Part shown: positions 10,151 through 24,888 of the stretch, in pieces
Layout: every line of letters begins with the position of its first letter
Numbering within the stretch: position 1 is the first letter of the stretch
Assembly: GCA_002104905.1 (NCBI GenBank)
Contig: MCFE01000204.1
Location: forward strand, 62,001 to 126,000
DNA length: 64,000 nt
Direction of reading: 5' to 3'
Origin: Basidiobolus meristosporus CBS 931.73
Taxonomy: Eukaryota > Fungi > Basidiobolomycota
Made by a program: the position numbers and the translations under genes
Notes under the pieces: model-generated
The model's input: only the letters and a program-made list of their open reading frames with translations
What the model was told of the DNA's origin: nothing
The model's database searches: none

Positions 10151-12972
10151 GATTAATTGTAAGTGTGGATTCAATCCGAACGTTGGGAGGTTAGAAAGGT
10201 GTTTCAACTAGACGAGGCGCTATTCCGCCTTATATTTCCTCTAGACCTCCACTCGGTCATCGATATCGCCAAGTCATCAGTTGATTCAGAATCATGTGCT
10301 GATATATCACACTAGGATGCGAATTTGGCCTATCATCTGCCAATAAGTAAGCCAGCAGGAGAAGATTCCAAGTAAATGTAAGATAGTGAGAAAAGGACAA
10401 TTTCCTAGGTGGCAATCACATGAAATTGATGCTGTGGATACTTCAAGCTCCTTGAATTAGCTGAAAGTGAATTAGTGATACATCAGCTTGGGGACCATAA
10501 CATGCAGCCTACATCGAGCAGTATTTGCAATTCACGTAGAAAAGACAAATCTATTGGTTTCCATTGCGTTTGAACCACGGAAAGATGGTGACGGAAAATC
10601 ATATCCATTTTTAGATGAACTGAATGTGGGCTATCTAAGCTCAGCATACACATGAAGCCCTGAGCATAGTGTATAGTGGCGGGGGACGACAGCTTGCTGA
10701 ACCGGATCATGAGTCAAGATGCACAAACTTTTGAATATTGGACATGAAGTGCCAGTGTGCCATTCATTTTCGGGTGGGATTTTCGTAGGCATGTAGCAGA
10801 TTGCTTTATTTTAAATAGGTCCCAGCAACAAACCATCGCCACTATGTAGTACCTGTTTGTGATCTGGAGATATATGTTGGGTGAGAGACTCGGTGTGCCT
10901 CAACAATAGCCTCGTGGTAGGAAATGCCTAACCGCATATAACACGGCAACAGAGTATCACGGGTGACAATAGAGGGATAGGGAGAGAGATGCCCCAAAAC
11001 TGTTGGTCAAGACTTATCTCTTCATCTAATTCCGGGCAGTCTTGATCTGCAACCGACTCAGTCTATGTTTGGAATCGGATTCAGGAATACAGAATCCGTG
11101 TCTTTAACTAGCTTCGTCAACAGAATCAAGATATACCGCTCATTCAAATTGCAAGAACTCTTAGAAACCGGAAATGCCAGATAATATTTTCCAACCAGCT
11201 ACCATAATAACAATCATACCGTCGATTGGCACCAGTCATGCAGCTTGATTGCAAACAACATTAAAAACGATGGTGGAACACGCACCAAGATAAACATTAC
11301 CTTGAAGCGATGCATCTAAATGCTGTCATCCGAAACTTTTACTGCACTGGGCATCGAAGGATTGTTTGAAGATGCTCAGTAGAGTTAAAGCAAATAACTA
11401 TGAGACTAGCACCATTAGGCTCCGGCCCTTCTAGCGTTATGGTGGATGGTTATGGATGATTTGCCATGATAACAAGCACAAGGGGCCTGTGTAGTTGTTA
11501 TATGGAGCTGAGAAAAACAAGGATCTTTATGTAGGGACCATGTTTCAAGCAAAAGCACCCTTCACCCAGTTGTTAATGCGTATCCTTATTATATCCTTAT
11601 GGAGAATCAGTCCTAGTCGACACAGACCAAGGGCTTTGGAAAGATTGGATTACGGATGGTAACGACCGTTGGGATGACAACATGATCAAAACGTCTATGC
11701 ACCTCCTCATTACGTCTCTTGCATGTGTCATAGAAATCACATGGAAACCATCAACCACCCAATTAATGTGTACACGGACTGAAGACAGTCACATCTGATA
11801 ATACTAGTCTGTTGGCACATTTACCACCTCCGCACAGATCTAGTATTGTGATTATCACCTGGTGGCTTGCTCAGATTCGTTACCAAAGAATGGTTTTAAG
11901 GGGCACTATACAAGCATGCAGCTCGTTCAAGGAGAACGGCTTACAGCTACTACCATCATGATATTGGTCTGAGGGGCTAAGCACCCTGTTGCGTTTCACC
12001 TTTCAAAATCGGCACCCAAAGGGGTAGGACAAATACTCTATCAATACGAAAGTCTGTATGTGGTGACATATGATCTGCTGTTGATATCAATCCGCTATCA
12101 TAACCATTAATAGGCTCCGTTCCTCAAAGAGCTAGCTGTACCCTTGACAGTGAAGCAGGATTACAGTCCCTACAACAGTAAGTAAGACACGACCTGAACC
12201 ATTGCATCGGGTGGCACTGACCGCCTCAATCATCATTGTAATGACATCTGTCTTTAAGCGTTCATTCAGGGAGCTTACCAATTTCCGGACCGTTTATCGA
12301 GCGTATTCTCACCAACTGGATATATATAGTTATCCTAGGTGCTATATGGGTTGCGTATAGGCCTCATCTTACCAAATATGGATTGGCGGTGCTCATTGGT
12401 CAAGATACCCTGTACGCATAGATTCACAGTCAAGATGGAGTACGCCATTCCGTGATAATGAGATTCACTTTGATGCGCTTATTAACGCTCCTGTTAACCC
12501 TGTGAAATGTATGTTTTGCAAGCAGGTGAAGAATCAAATTTACTACAATCAACCAGAGTTCTATTGTAAATGTCAATCACGAGGAGATTTTGAAATTAGA
12601 TTGAGGTGTGCTCTTGGATTCAGATATGAATAACATCTCGCAGATATCCTAACCATCAACCTTTCCCGAGAAAAATTCGCGACTTTACAATAGGAGTTTC
12701 CTGTACAAGCTACACTCTTAGGTTACAAATCTAAACCCAAGCTCCTTGTCTCGTTCTTTATATCTTTAGTCCCAGTGGTAATTACATTGTCAGTATACTC
12801 AACTTACATAGCAATACTACACTATCGTCGCAATTGCTCAGCGCGCATAGATTGACAGTTTATTCACAGTTTCCCACCGTGTAGCACGTTGTGGGGAGTA
12901 TAAAAATATTAGTTCAAGTCTAGGAACTTTGACTTTCCTGTGTTCCAACCAGTTTGTATACATACTTCAGAA

Positions 12973-15951
12973 ATGGAGATTTCTAGTAGAAGGCGTGTAA
13001 AAGTTTACGAGCTAGCAAGCGATAACGCCTGGCAAGACAGAGGGACTGGTTATTGTGTATGCATGTACATTGAGGTATATATTTTCCTTTTCCATTATGT
13101 CACGAATTTGCTGCCTGGAGCTTAGGAGCCCTCCTGAGAGATGTGCCTTTTTGGTAATATAAATTCTTAACATTTTTGTCAGGACAAGCAGGAGTTGTAT
13201 CTCCATGTTGTAGCAGAAGAGAGCAACACCCTTCTCCTAAATTCGAAAGTACGGAAAGGAGATGTATACCAGAAACAGCAAGGCATGTCTTGATGAATAT
13301 ACACCGCATACATATAGCTAAAGAGTAACCTCTTTTAAAAATCGATCTTCTAGATTCTCTAATAGTATGGACTGAGACCAACGGGAAAGATCTAGCCCTG
13401 AGCTTTCAAGAAGCAGAAGGTTGCACTGAAGCGTGGTCAGTTACGCCATCAATAATTATTACAACGCTAGGTTTTGACATCGCGTTGCAGGGACATCATC
13501 GCCGATATGCAAAAAAGGCTTCCTGGATTACCATATGGTAATATATCAGCGATATTTATGACTCACCAGCATTTAACACGTTGAAAGTAGAGCTTGGAGA
13601 ATCTCACAGAGAATTATCCGATAGTCAAATAACTTTACCTAAACCCGGACTTTCAAATCTTACGGAAATTGAGTCAATTATCAAAAAGTTCGGACGATTT
13701 GTGTACGGGCGGGATAATTTGACTTCTTATGTAGTCCACGAGGTAATCAAGTATCATACTACCGACTGATAGAGAAACCCTACTGAACTTGCCCACTTAG
13801 AAATATATTGACCAGCTTTTGCCAATCTTTGAGAAGTGCGAGCGCATCAAAAATGAAAAGGCCCTTTTTACGTTGTATAGCATCGTGAAGAGCTTAAGTG
13901 TGTGCATTATCTTTTTGACTGACTTTTCAATAGATGTTAACCACTTGGCGATATAGTACTGTTGAATGAAAATTGTATCTTCGAATATATTGTCCAGAGC
14001 CACATTATTCTTGGTGTTGTGGGTATTCTAGAATGTAAGGGTGGTTTGGATACCGCACGTTCACGCTCTATATTCATGCCACTATGTCGTCTAGACGATC
14101 CGGATTATCCTAACGCAAAGCCCAAGTACCGCGAATACCTCGGAGACAATTTGCACTTCAAACAGGTACGTCTTTGGTGAATAGACTCCCCATCATATCC
14201 TCGTTAACTCTCAAATCAACTAGGTTATTCCAATCCGAGACAAAGCGATTGAGAGCAAAATCCATCAAACATTTCGCCTACAATACTTGAAAGATGTTGT
14301 ACTGGCTCGGACTCTAGACGACAATACATTCTCTATCCTGAATTCACTAATCTTTTTCAACAACGTCGATATCGTCAATTATTTACAGCATGATCACGAA
14401 TTTCTTCGTGAGCTGTTTAGCATATTCAACAACCCTGATGAACCCCGCGAGAGGAAGCGAGATGCTGTATTCTTTGTGCGTCAATTTTGCTCTATTGCTA
14501 AAAATTTGGCCATTATCCATTGCTCCGGCCTATACAGGTGATGACCGTTTTGAGTTATTCACTATATCTTTCATCCACTTTCTAATTTGGCTAATGGCAG
14601 ATCCCTTAGTCAGCACGGATTATTCTGCACTCTTGACTATGCATTGCCAAATGCCGATGCGACTGTTCGCATAGTTGGTGCAGAAATATTGTGCACTATA
14701 CTGGACCTAGATCCAAATCTCGTGCGTTCATACATCTTGGCGCAAGCTAAACAGAATCAGAAGCCGCTTATAGAGACAGTTGTGGAACGCTTGATAGTCG
14801 ACGACGACATCGGAGTTAAAGTACAATATGGAGAGGTCTTGAAGGTTCTACTAGATACTTCACCCCCATTTAACGAGCAATCCCTCGTAAACCCTGTTGA
14901 AGCTTTGATGGCTCCCAAGTCGGATCCCGAATCGGATGAGCTGTTAAGTATGTTCTACGAAAGGTATATGGGCAAACTATTTGAACCCATTATGCAATTT
15001 CCAGAATATGATGGTATGGAGAAGGAGCTTATTCTTTCACCCCCCAAACTGGCTTATTGCTCTTTGTTGTGTGAATTATTATGCTTCGCGGTTCGTTCCC
15101 ATTCGTTCCGCAGCAAATATTTTATTCTGTCTTCGAATATCTTCCTCAAAATCATCACCCTATTCAGAAGTCGGGAAAAACATCTCAAGCTGGGGGTACT
15201 GCGATTCTTTCGTACCTGCATCGGGCTACGTGATGAGTTCTACAACAGGTTTATAGTAAAACACGATTTATTCAAGCCAGTTGTGGATTTACTTCTGGCC
15301 ACAGAGGGAAAAAACAACTTGATGAACTCTGCATGCTTGGAGCTTTTCGAGTTCATCCGAAAGGTATGCCACGGTACAATTCCCCGGGGGCATGATAGGG
15401 TTCTCGGTTAATCCTTTTGATATTTGTAGGAAAATATGAAACTGCTCATGAACTACACGGTCCAGAAGTACTACGAACAACTACGCGCGATCAACTACGT
15501 AGAGACGTTCCAAATGCTTAAACAAAAATATGACCAATCTGAGAAACTGGCCACACAAGAATTGAAACCCAACCCTGGGACTGAGATATGTAGTTCCACT
15601 GACGAAAAAGCGCCACTGGAAGATGCTCCACGTGCTCAGAACGTAGAAAGCAGTAGTGCTCGTGTCGATATACTAGACGCCGAAAACGATCCCAAGAGCA
15701 GTGCTGTCGATAAACTCGATTCAGTGGCCCACCAGGAGAATAGAGTTTTACACAATGCGAAAATCAAAAGCAACCATACAAGCACCGAGAACAACGTAGA
15801 CAAACCACCTAATTCCCGAAAGAAACGGGCCCGCTCGGATGAGTCAACCAAGGGGATAGTTGGAGGTGACAAGAAGGTCAAGGTAGATGCTGAACTCAAT
15901 CATACTGTGAAAATACCCGGTTCAAATGGCAATCCCTCTACTTTTGCTTAA
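12973..15951 (+). CDS. PSY2: Protein phosphatase 4 regulatory subunit 3 (Psy2/SMK-1/PP4R3), multi-exon
   Basis: EVH1-like start RRRVKVYEL..WQDRGTGYC, YQKQQ|DSLIVWTE, LALSFQEAEGC; IHQTFRLQYLKDVVLAR; RSKYFIL, LRFFRTCIG, NNLMNSACLELFEFIR; basic NLS-like tail. Confidence 0.95.
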
Positions 15952-16478
15952 ACAATAGAATACACCCTGCCTTGTATCCTTTCGGATGTTTTGAAACAGC
16001 TCTACATGTATATACAGTTACTGATCGTATTATGCAACACCATGTAGAGATTGAACGAATCGTATGAGCTCCCTAAACTCTAAGTCTTACTTGGTTCCCA
16101 AGAAAATCACCAAATCTCGCAAACAAATTCGCATGGTATTCTAATATTAAACATGATTAACCTTCATTACAACTGGCATGGGTGTTCTTCTGGAGCGTGT
16201 TTGGGATTGCCCGATATATCCTGAGCTTGCTTGAAATTGTAAATAAATTTGATTGTTGGCAGGGATCCAAGGAGATAGGACATATGATGTTTAATGGTCC
16301 CAAACATCTGGTAAAAATATTGAGGAAAGCACAGTCGCCAAGCAGCGCGACAATGTCATAATTGAGGTTGATTTAGAAAAACTGGGATTTCTTCTATTTC
16401 AATACAGATGGAAAGCTTCATGTTACAAAAAAAGATATGGAAAGGGTAGAACGAGAGAGAAAGGGCGAGAAAAGTGAC

Positions 16479-19400
16479 TCAAGAGGATTGCTCTCCGAGT
16501 AGGGAGATCGCCTTAATGATGTCTTCGCAATAAGGCACGTGCCACGATGCCTGTGTCTTCTTGTTAGCACTGCCGATGGTACACGAGAAGCAGTAGTTCT
16601 CGGGAAGTTCCGATTTGCGAAGGGCCCTGAACATATCCTCATCCGTTTTGTCGTCACCTGCGCAGAAAACAAACTCACAGTTCTCCGTCGCGGCTACGAG
16701 TTTCTTAACGATCTCACCCTTGTTCAGCTCCACTGGACGAACCTCCAGATTCTTCTTGCCTACCAGGATCTCCACCGGTTTCTTGGATACGATGGCGTCC
16801 TCAAGATGGTTTCGGCACTCCTTAGCCTGGAACATACTAGGATGAAAGCTTAGAACGTGGATGGCCTAGCCCAAGATATTCTGATCTGGCTTACCCATAT
16901 TCCGGATCGGCCATTCTGTAGTGCCACGTGACTGCGCACAGTTTGTGCTCCACGAATGAACCGGGTGTCCGTTCGGTATAGTAATTGAATATATCTACAA
17001 CATCCTTCTTCCAGGAGAAATCGAACTCCGCAGCAAGGTTGATCCATGGATTCTCGTTCTTCGGATGTGGATATTTGATGAAGCAGCCGTGTTCGGCACT
17101 GAGGAATCCTGTTAGCATCCATCGTTGGGTCGCCTCGAATCCGCGATGTAATTACCTGAAGCCGAGGTTCGGAATCTGGCCCAACCATTGGTCCAAGAAC
17201 TCCTGATCACGTCCGGAGATCACCCACACAACATTGTTGGGATTGCTTGCAAGCTGTGTCAGCCCCTCGATGGTTTCCTGTGGCGGCACGGCAGCGCCAG
17301 GGGTTTCTCTGATGGGAGTTAACGTACCCTAAGGGGGAAGGGTGAGTTAATGCGCGGTGGTATATCTGGAAATCCTTGCGGATCACTTACATCATAGTCG
17401 AACAAAAGGAGTCTCTTTTTGGCGGAATTGTACTGCTTGACCAAGGCCTGAGTGTCGAGGATGGGGGTTGGTAGGGAGTCATCCTTGGAAAGGGACCTGT
17501 TCTTCAAATCATCGATGAAGTGCTTGGCCCAAGCCTTGGAGGGATGGGATACTATATAGTTGTATAGTTGCTGATAGCCAAAGCCGGTTAACATGATGAA
17601 TATGGTGACAAGAAATCTCGCCAGCCTACCTCGTGCTTCAATGAACGGTCCTCCTTGGACATGGTAAGGGCTTCGTGGATGGATTCGGCAACACCCTACG
17701 GCCCGTCAAACATTAATCGCCTGCAATGGAATGAAAGGGAAACACCGAGTCACTTACCGTATAATCCCATGGGTTCACCAAAAGTGCCGCACTTAATGAC
17801 CCGGCTGTACCTGCGAACTCGCTCAAGATCAGTGGGCCTGCGTTGTCCCGCTGGCATAGCACGTATTCTTGACATGTGGTGTTCATTCCGTCTCTGATGG
17901 AGGTAATCAGCCCCACATCAGCAGCGGCGAGAAGTGCGTAATACTCTTCACGCTCAATTCTTTGGCTGTAGCGGTAGACCGGCGTGTGCTCGAGCGACCC
18001 GAATGTCCCGTTGATGCGAGACACCACCTCGGAGATTTTCGCCTCAAGCTTGGGATCTTGGCGTTGAACGGGTGTGTTGATCTGAATCAAGACGATCTGA
18101 AGGCCAGGGAAGATTAGCACGTTTCCTTCGTCCGAGAGAAGAACCTTTCCTACCTTGTTAACCCACTCGGGGTGCAGCTCCAAGAACTTCTCAAAACTGT
18201 ACAGCTTCTGCAAAACCCCGGTGACTTGATCGACTTTGTCTCTCCCGATGATGATCTTCTTGTCCCCGTGCATTTCCTTGATCGCCTTGATCTTCGCAGC
18301 GACCCCGTCAGAATTTCTGCGTTCAAATACGTCAGTAGTCAGATACGACACTCTATGTCACGAGACTTCAATCAATATCAACCTCTGTGCAGTGACCGTG
18401 TCAACGTCTATCCCAATAGGGTATATTCCTACTGAGATGTAGCGGCCGCTATAGTCAACCCCTGTGGGAGTAGAATCTAGGCCTAGCACTCTAGTGCAAC
18501 TACTAATGAAATGGCGTGCATAAGAATATGTCTAATATGCGAGAGATGGGAGATCAGATGGCTGCGGATCATTCATGGAGTAATGCTCATGGTTACCTGG
18601 AAGCCAACTTGGTTAGCACCTAGAATACCTTCCAGAAGCTCTTTGCGGTCTAGAAAGAGGAGCTGGGGTCAGAAACAGTGCTCGGTGCGAAAGGAACATC
18701 AATCGGGGGACTTACTCGGAGAGCTGCGAAACACTTCGGAGGCTGGGAAAGGTGAATGTAAAAAGAAGCTGATGATGGCCTCGGGCATAAGCTTGCGGCA
18801 AAGGCCAGGTACCAGGAAAAGATGGTAGTCCTGAATCCAGACTAATTGACCACGCTATCGTAAGTACCACTACTGCGAGAATGAATGAACCATAGATATG
18901 TTACCGATATCGCCGCTCTTGTAAATCGATTTGATGTTGTCGGCAAAGATCTTGTTCACCTCCTGGTAAGCAGCCCAGTTCTGGTTGTCACAGTTGTCGT
19001 TCGAGTTGGTTTCCGAAACCAGGTAATGGAGCAGTGGCCACAAGACTAGCCGGGTTGCATCGAGAGTTTGAGCTCCAGCATTTATTTGAAAGACGAGTGA
19101 ATGGATCCAACATACCAGATTTACAATAACCATCGTAGTGACCTTTTGCTAAGGTATCTTCAAGGAAAATCGGAATCAACTGACTGTCCTCCCAACAGAG
19201 TTTGCGAAGAGCAGTCTTGTGGGCGTCTGTGATTTCCGTGCTAGGCACCAGTGAGCCGCTTTCATCATATATATCGCCCACGAAACCGACTCGAACACAG
19301 TCTTCGGAATCTTTAAGAGATTGAAGGCCCGAGTACATGGCGGAGTGGCCTCTTCTAGGACCGAGCTTCCAGGACCAATCGTCTGGCTGCGAGGCATCCC

Positions 19401-19503
19401 CCTTGAGTAGAATGCAGGCACGGGGGAGGAAGTGTGTGACGCAAATAACACGACCGTCCTTTACGGAGGGTTTTTCCGAGCTGGAAGTGATCCCGTTAAG
19501 CAT
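16479..19503 (-). CDS. TPS2: Trehalose-6-phosphate phosphatase/synthase (GT20 plus HAD domain; Tps2 type), multi-exon
   Basis: YDGYCK|SVLWPLLHY, WIQDYHLFLVP, FFLHSPFPASEVFR, RDGMNTTCQEY, LILSEFAG; HAD motifs LLLFDYDGT, WHYRMADPEYG, FCAGDDKTDEDMF. Confidence 0.95.
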
Positions 19504-21421
19504 TTCGCAGAAAAATTATGTGAGAATGGGTGCTGAGAGGAAAATTAGGTCGCAGTCAGGTACAAGGACAAATAAGAGGGTTTAGGGCGGAAAACAAAAA
19601 TAGCGAGCACGTAAGATGTAATCAGCTAGGCAGTGACGAAACGATCTTATATAATTTGGATGGACTTAGAGGACCAACCAAATTTGTATGGAGAGGAAGA
19701 TGTCTTCAAAATTAATCTATGTTTCAACTTGACAAATGATAGTGAAGATAAGACGATCATGAATGATATGATAAGAGCAATAAAAAAGCACCTGATTTTC
19801 CATCCTGCATTGAGTAGCGCGCTAATCCAGATATCTGCACAGAGTGGAAGCAATACGTAAGGGAAATTGTTCAGACAGGTAAAAAGCACCACTTTAGGTA
19901 TGCCTTCGACGTAACCTCTGCCAGAAACGTAGGCTACTGACCAAACTGAGATCTGAAATCTGATCTGACCCTTTTAGAGGGGATCGTTAGCTAGGCACTC
20001 AACCAATATGCCGTGTGATTTCACCAGCCGAAAGCGTCGAGGTTGAATTCTCGTGGATAAGCAGGACACGGCATTCTATCCAACCCATCAGAATGGGGGG
20101 GGGGCATTCATCGATATGTGGATATTGTCAAATTTGTCCACAAATTACGTAGCGGTATTACGGTACACACATATCACTGGCGAGCACTTCAACATGACGA
20201 CATGATCTTATCTTACGTGCAATGACTTCACCCATCCATTGGCAGAGCAGAATGGAGGTGGTGGAATTTAGCTTTGCGGATCATCTCCGATGGCTTCTCT
20301 AGGCTCATCGTGATCCATGTATGCCTTCTACAGGTCCCTTACAGGATTAAGCTTTCCGCGGAGTTCAAAACGAGCCCATCCTTGAAATGGCCGAACGATG
20401 TGAGCAAAGCAGGGCCTAGCAGAGTATGCCGTCCCTGTGTGAGATTAGCAATCAAGCGAGTAAGCCTTGGGTGCTTGTACAGCGGAATAAGCGCCTGGCG
20501 AGGCGTAGAATGAGTAAGGGTCTGTCCTGCTCAGCATTAACAAATACCACTGCCTCACCCCGTGAGCATGCCTTGTCCTATTTAGTGAGTGATATGTTTT
20601 CTTGGGGATGTATACTTGAAATAAGAAAGAGGGTGTAGCAATTTAGGGAGGTATGCAATTGGCAAATGTACACTGACAAGATCCATCAGAAGGTTCCCTC
20701 CCCCAAAATCAGGATTTTCTTACCCGTTTTGTTCGCGGTGTTTACCACATTTGTTAGCACTGATAGCACACATTCTAATCGATGGAGTGCACTGTAGCTC
20801 CTAGGTATACTGGACAGAGAATCAAGGTGTTTTGGCCACTAAATTAGTATGGACATATTGTGGTGCTCTTAATCGGAGAAAGCATTCGTGTATAATACTA
20901 TAGTCATGTCCATCAAACTTGGGCTAGCTGTTTCGCACTTGTATTGCCACTTGATCGCATGTTTGTTCTTGGCTTGAGAGTGGACATGTACGGATCTTTC
21001 CATTCCTCCTTGGGGCTACCTTTCTGGCTCCACAACGAAGGAAACCGAGGCAGATTCCATGCACTCCAACCCTCATTAGTCTGCTTCTCGAGGCTGCATC
21101 AGCAATGTGGTGAAGTGCTTGGCTTGGAGACGACCACATCATATGTAAGGCAAACTGATCTATGACAACCACGTCTAAAACGGATTTAAGTCTATATTTA
21201 TAAAATAACTTGATTGCTTGCTAATTGGCAGGGGTGAAAGTTCTAAATTATGTAGTAGAAATGGCAAATATTTGTCAATCCAGAAAAGACCAACTAGACT
21301 TCACTTGATCAGACTTCAGAAAGCTGTTAGTAGAATCAGGAGCCGATTACTTGAAAGGTGGCAGCGGTGGATCTACAGACAAAAGATGTTCAACTCAGTA
21401 TATTACCGCCAAGCTGTGTCC

Positions 21422-22812
21422 TCAGTAAGAGCCTAGCTCAAAATTGGTGACTTGAGGCAGATATGCGCAAGCGCTTAAATCCAAGATGTAGACTTCGTCA
21501 AAAACCCGATGTCCGTCATAGCCGCCATACACAAATAATCTAGAATCGTACAAAACCGCAGTATGGTAGCCTCTACCAGTAGGCGGCACTCCATAAATCT
21601 TCCTGGTTTCCCAGTTCATGGTGACTGAAGGGAAAGTTAGATTTGGCAAACAAATAAAAAAGCAAGGAGCCATACCCAAGTTTAATAATAACACGTTCTG
21701 GACGTATTTGTCGCCATCGTGTCCGCCGATGACAAATATGTATGAACCGACCTGGGTTGCTGTGTGCGAAAGTCTAGGGACACGCTCGCTAAGTCTCACT
21801 CGCTCCCACGTATGGGTTTCTGCAATGACGGTCAGTTAAGTTAAAGGCCGCTGAAACTAAACAACCATTCGATGTAAGCTACTCACCAAGGTCCAAGACA
21901 TGAGCTTCGCTGAAACATTCATGGCCATCTGAGCCTCCATATACCAGGAGTTTGCTTTCAACCAGTGTGCTGGTGTGATAGCCTCTAGGGATCGGGGGCT
22001 TACCGTTGACTTCGACGCTTTCCCAAGTTAGCTTAGATAAATCAGCTATTCAACAGAAACATGGTATCAATATACGGCCTTGACAAATCAATGAGAATCC
22101 ATACTTATGTCCAATCGAAATACATCGTTCAAGGCACGAAGCCCATCTCCTCCGCCAAACAAATACAAGTATTTTCCGTAATGGCAGGCTGTATGCGCAC
22201 GCCGGGGCCCTGGAATATCACCATACACTTTTGGTTTTGACCAAGTTAAAGTATCTACCATAGGGTGGGGTGGGTTTAGTCGCGAACACATCTGGATGGC
22301 AATTACATAACCAATACCTGTATCGAGAATGTAAAGCTCATTGAAATAGTTTGGCCCATCACCGCCGCCGAAGATAAACAATTTGTTGTCAATTAATGTT
22401 GAGGTGTGAGCTCTACAGGGAGCAGGTGGCTCGCCGTTGGTTCGTGGGTTTGACCAATACATGGTTTCTAGGAAGAGAATTAGGTTAAAGTCGGCCAAGA
22501 GCAAAAGTTGATAATCATCTTACCAGCATCAAAGACATACAAGTCATTGTAACAAGTGCGCTCATCACACCCTCCAAATATATAAATTAGCTCTCCAACT
22601 AGGTTAACGCTATGTGCCCGTAGAGATTTCGGAGGTGAATGACCGTAGATAGGTGCTTTTGACCAATACATAGCAGGCGCTGGAGCTGGGGGAACATCCG
22701 GAGCTGGTGGCTCCGAATCTCGAGTAGATTTTGGCCCAGAGTTTGTAGTACCACGCCACGAGGCTCTACGACGGTGGTACGACTGAGAATTGCTAGTCAT
22801 TTGCGCAGGCAT
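21422..22812 (-). CDS. Kelch-repeat beta-propeller protein with Pro-rich N-terminus, multi-exon
   Basis: Repeated R-x-H...(I/L)(F/Y)xFGG motifs (RAHSVNLVGELIYIFGG, RAHTSTLIDNKLFIFGG, RRAHTACHYGKYLYLFGG, RLSHTATQVGSYIFVIGG, RGYHTAVLYDSRLFVYGG). Confidence 0.92.
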
Positions 22813-24888
22813 TGATTGACGGGCGAATTGCTTAGCTTTTACAATTGCAGGTATTGTAGTTGAGATCGAAATAGAAGCTGAAGAGCCATGGCTGGAAGGG
22901 CGCTGTGACTATGGACATTAAGAGCTTATCAATATACTCGCGTTTGTAAGATCAACGCAGCTACTGGCTGTTTACCATATGATTAATATATAGAAACCAA
23001 AAAACTCGATAAGAATATCAGGAGTGTACACTTGGTGGTGTATAGAGAAACCTTTAGAAAAATAAGCATTAGATAACTCCAGATTTAGTCGGCTTGGCTA
23101 TACCAGCCATAAAGTCAAACGCTTTCCGAGACAAAACCTACTTGGGCTGATAAGATGTTGACGTGGTGGACTTCCTTTTCTAAGTAGCAAACTACGTGGA
23201 GTATTTTAGCCATTACTGTTCAGTCGAAAATCTCACCAAAGTCAGGAAATACCGGTTAGACGGAAATCGCTCCTTGTGAGAATGAGATTTTTGCTTTAAT
23301 GCAATTTGTACTTTCAAAATGAAACTGCCAGGGCTAATTTACCGGTATCAGCAGCCTTTCGTGTGTTTTTAGGGATATGGACGATGCTATACAATCCTGA
23401 TGGCGAAGTGACGCTGAATGGATTGGGTCCTTGTATGATTGACAGTGATATTTTCTTGCTATGTGTTGTATGGATATGGGTATCCAGTATCTAATGTAAA
23501 CTCGGACAATACTCAAAACTGTATTAGATGATTCTATTGCTCATCACCTCACCGATATATGTTTCGACGCACCATTGGTATAACATAGGCACGCCCAATC
23601 GGAGGGCGTAAAGATTGTTTCAGCCAGTCATAATCAGATATGAAGAGCAGAATTGAAAAACTCATGTCAGGCAAGTATATAAAGGTAATTATATACTAAA
23701 GATGGAAGAGAGCCCTTGTAATACCATTTTAAAATGGCCAAGAATATATGTATATGGACACTTCTTGGACCAGAAAACAGTTCCCGAGGTGTTTTCTCAT
23801 TTCGAATCAGCGATTCACCTTCTGAGCTAGAACCCAATTGGCCACTTGCACTCGATCACCTATTCAGTGAGGTAACTAGCAGCCAGTCTGCATATCAGAT
23901 TACAAAGGTATACAATGCAACGCCCATGTGACATGGATTCAGGTATAATATAGCACAACAAGAGCTGCCGACACCAGTGACGATTGCACGCCTCATGGAT
24001 GAATTGCTAGATTATGCGGGGACCATACTGGGATGGGATGGTGGATCTAATAGATGTTCAACCCAATCTGCAAGATGCTGGCTGACCAGGGTCATGGGAT
24101 GATCGGTGGTGAGGAGCCAATGCCAACTATGGGAAAACGAACCATACATGCTGGAGCAGCGGCCCATCCCCGAGTAGTTGTCGCCAAGATCCTGTGCCTG
24201 GGTCGTTTTCACCACTTTCATGGCTAGGTGCACGCGCATGGGAGACACTGATCTTGGTGGAGTATTTTGGGTGATTCTGCCCATTAACCTGATGTGGATG
24301 TGTTGGATCACAGTAGACATCTATTGAATTTTACCAGATCGGTTGAAACAAACGCGCGTGGAATCTTGATTTCATCTTTGGTACTGGTTTGAGTCAGAGC
24401 TCGTGATGGGTTACGTTCAGCTTGACGAAGCGCCCATATGTAGACTATCCCCACGGCATGTTGTCTGTTACAATCAACCCCGGACTTCTAGTTTGAAGTT
24501 GGCATCGTCATCTTACAGAGTGGCAGTCCATTTTTGGTGATACATCTTGTTTAATGGAGCCCACATACATCTAGGATTGGATTGCTGCAGGTGACACTTG
24601 GTACTTATCAAAGATCTGACAGCATATTCAACGTGCCCATGTGCGGTGTGGTTTTACCTCCGCTACATCGTATAGCAACTAACACACGACTCGTTTGGAA
24701 ACTTACTCGGGGTTTTTTTCTACTAGAATGATAGCCACTCGAAACAGTTGGTGTCGATCCATAAACAATCGGGCCAAACACTAGGCAATATCTCTGATTG
24801 TTCGTAAACAACAGGTTTATATAAAACGAGCCGAGTTGCTGAAATTTTCCTTAGCACTGAGAAGATTCCTCTGTTGTAAAGCTAAATC

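Noticed and set aside
20095-20104. G10 homopolymer upstream of TPS2
   Set aside because: It is a single run, not a four-tract quadruplex, and there is no evidence of function.
20270-21180. Short ORFs between TPS2 and the kelch gene
   Set aside because: Protein-like fragments exist but could not be joined or identified.
23300-24800. Short ORFs between the kelch and phosphoesterase genes, including the 102-aa ORF at 24012-24320
   Set aside because: No family signal and no coherent exon chain.
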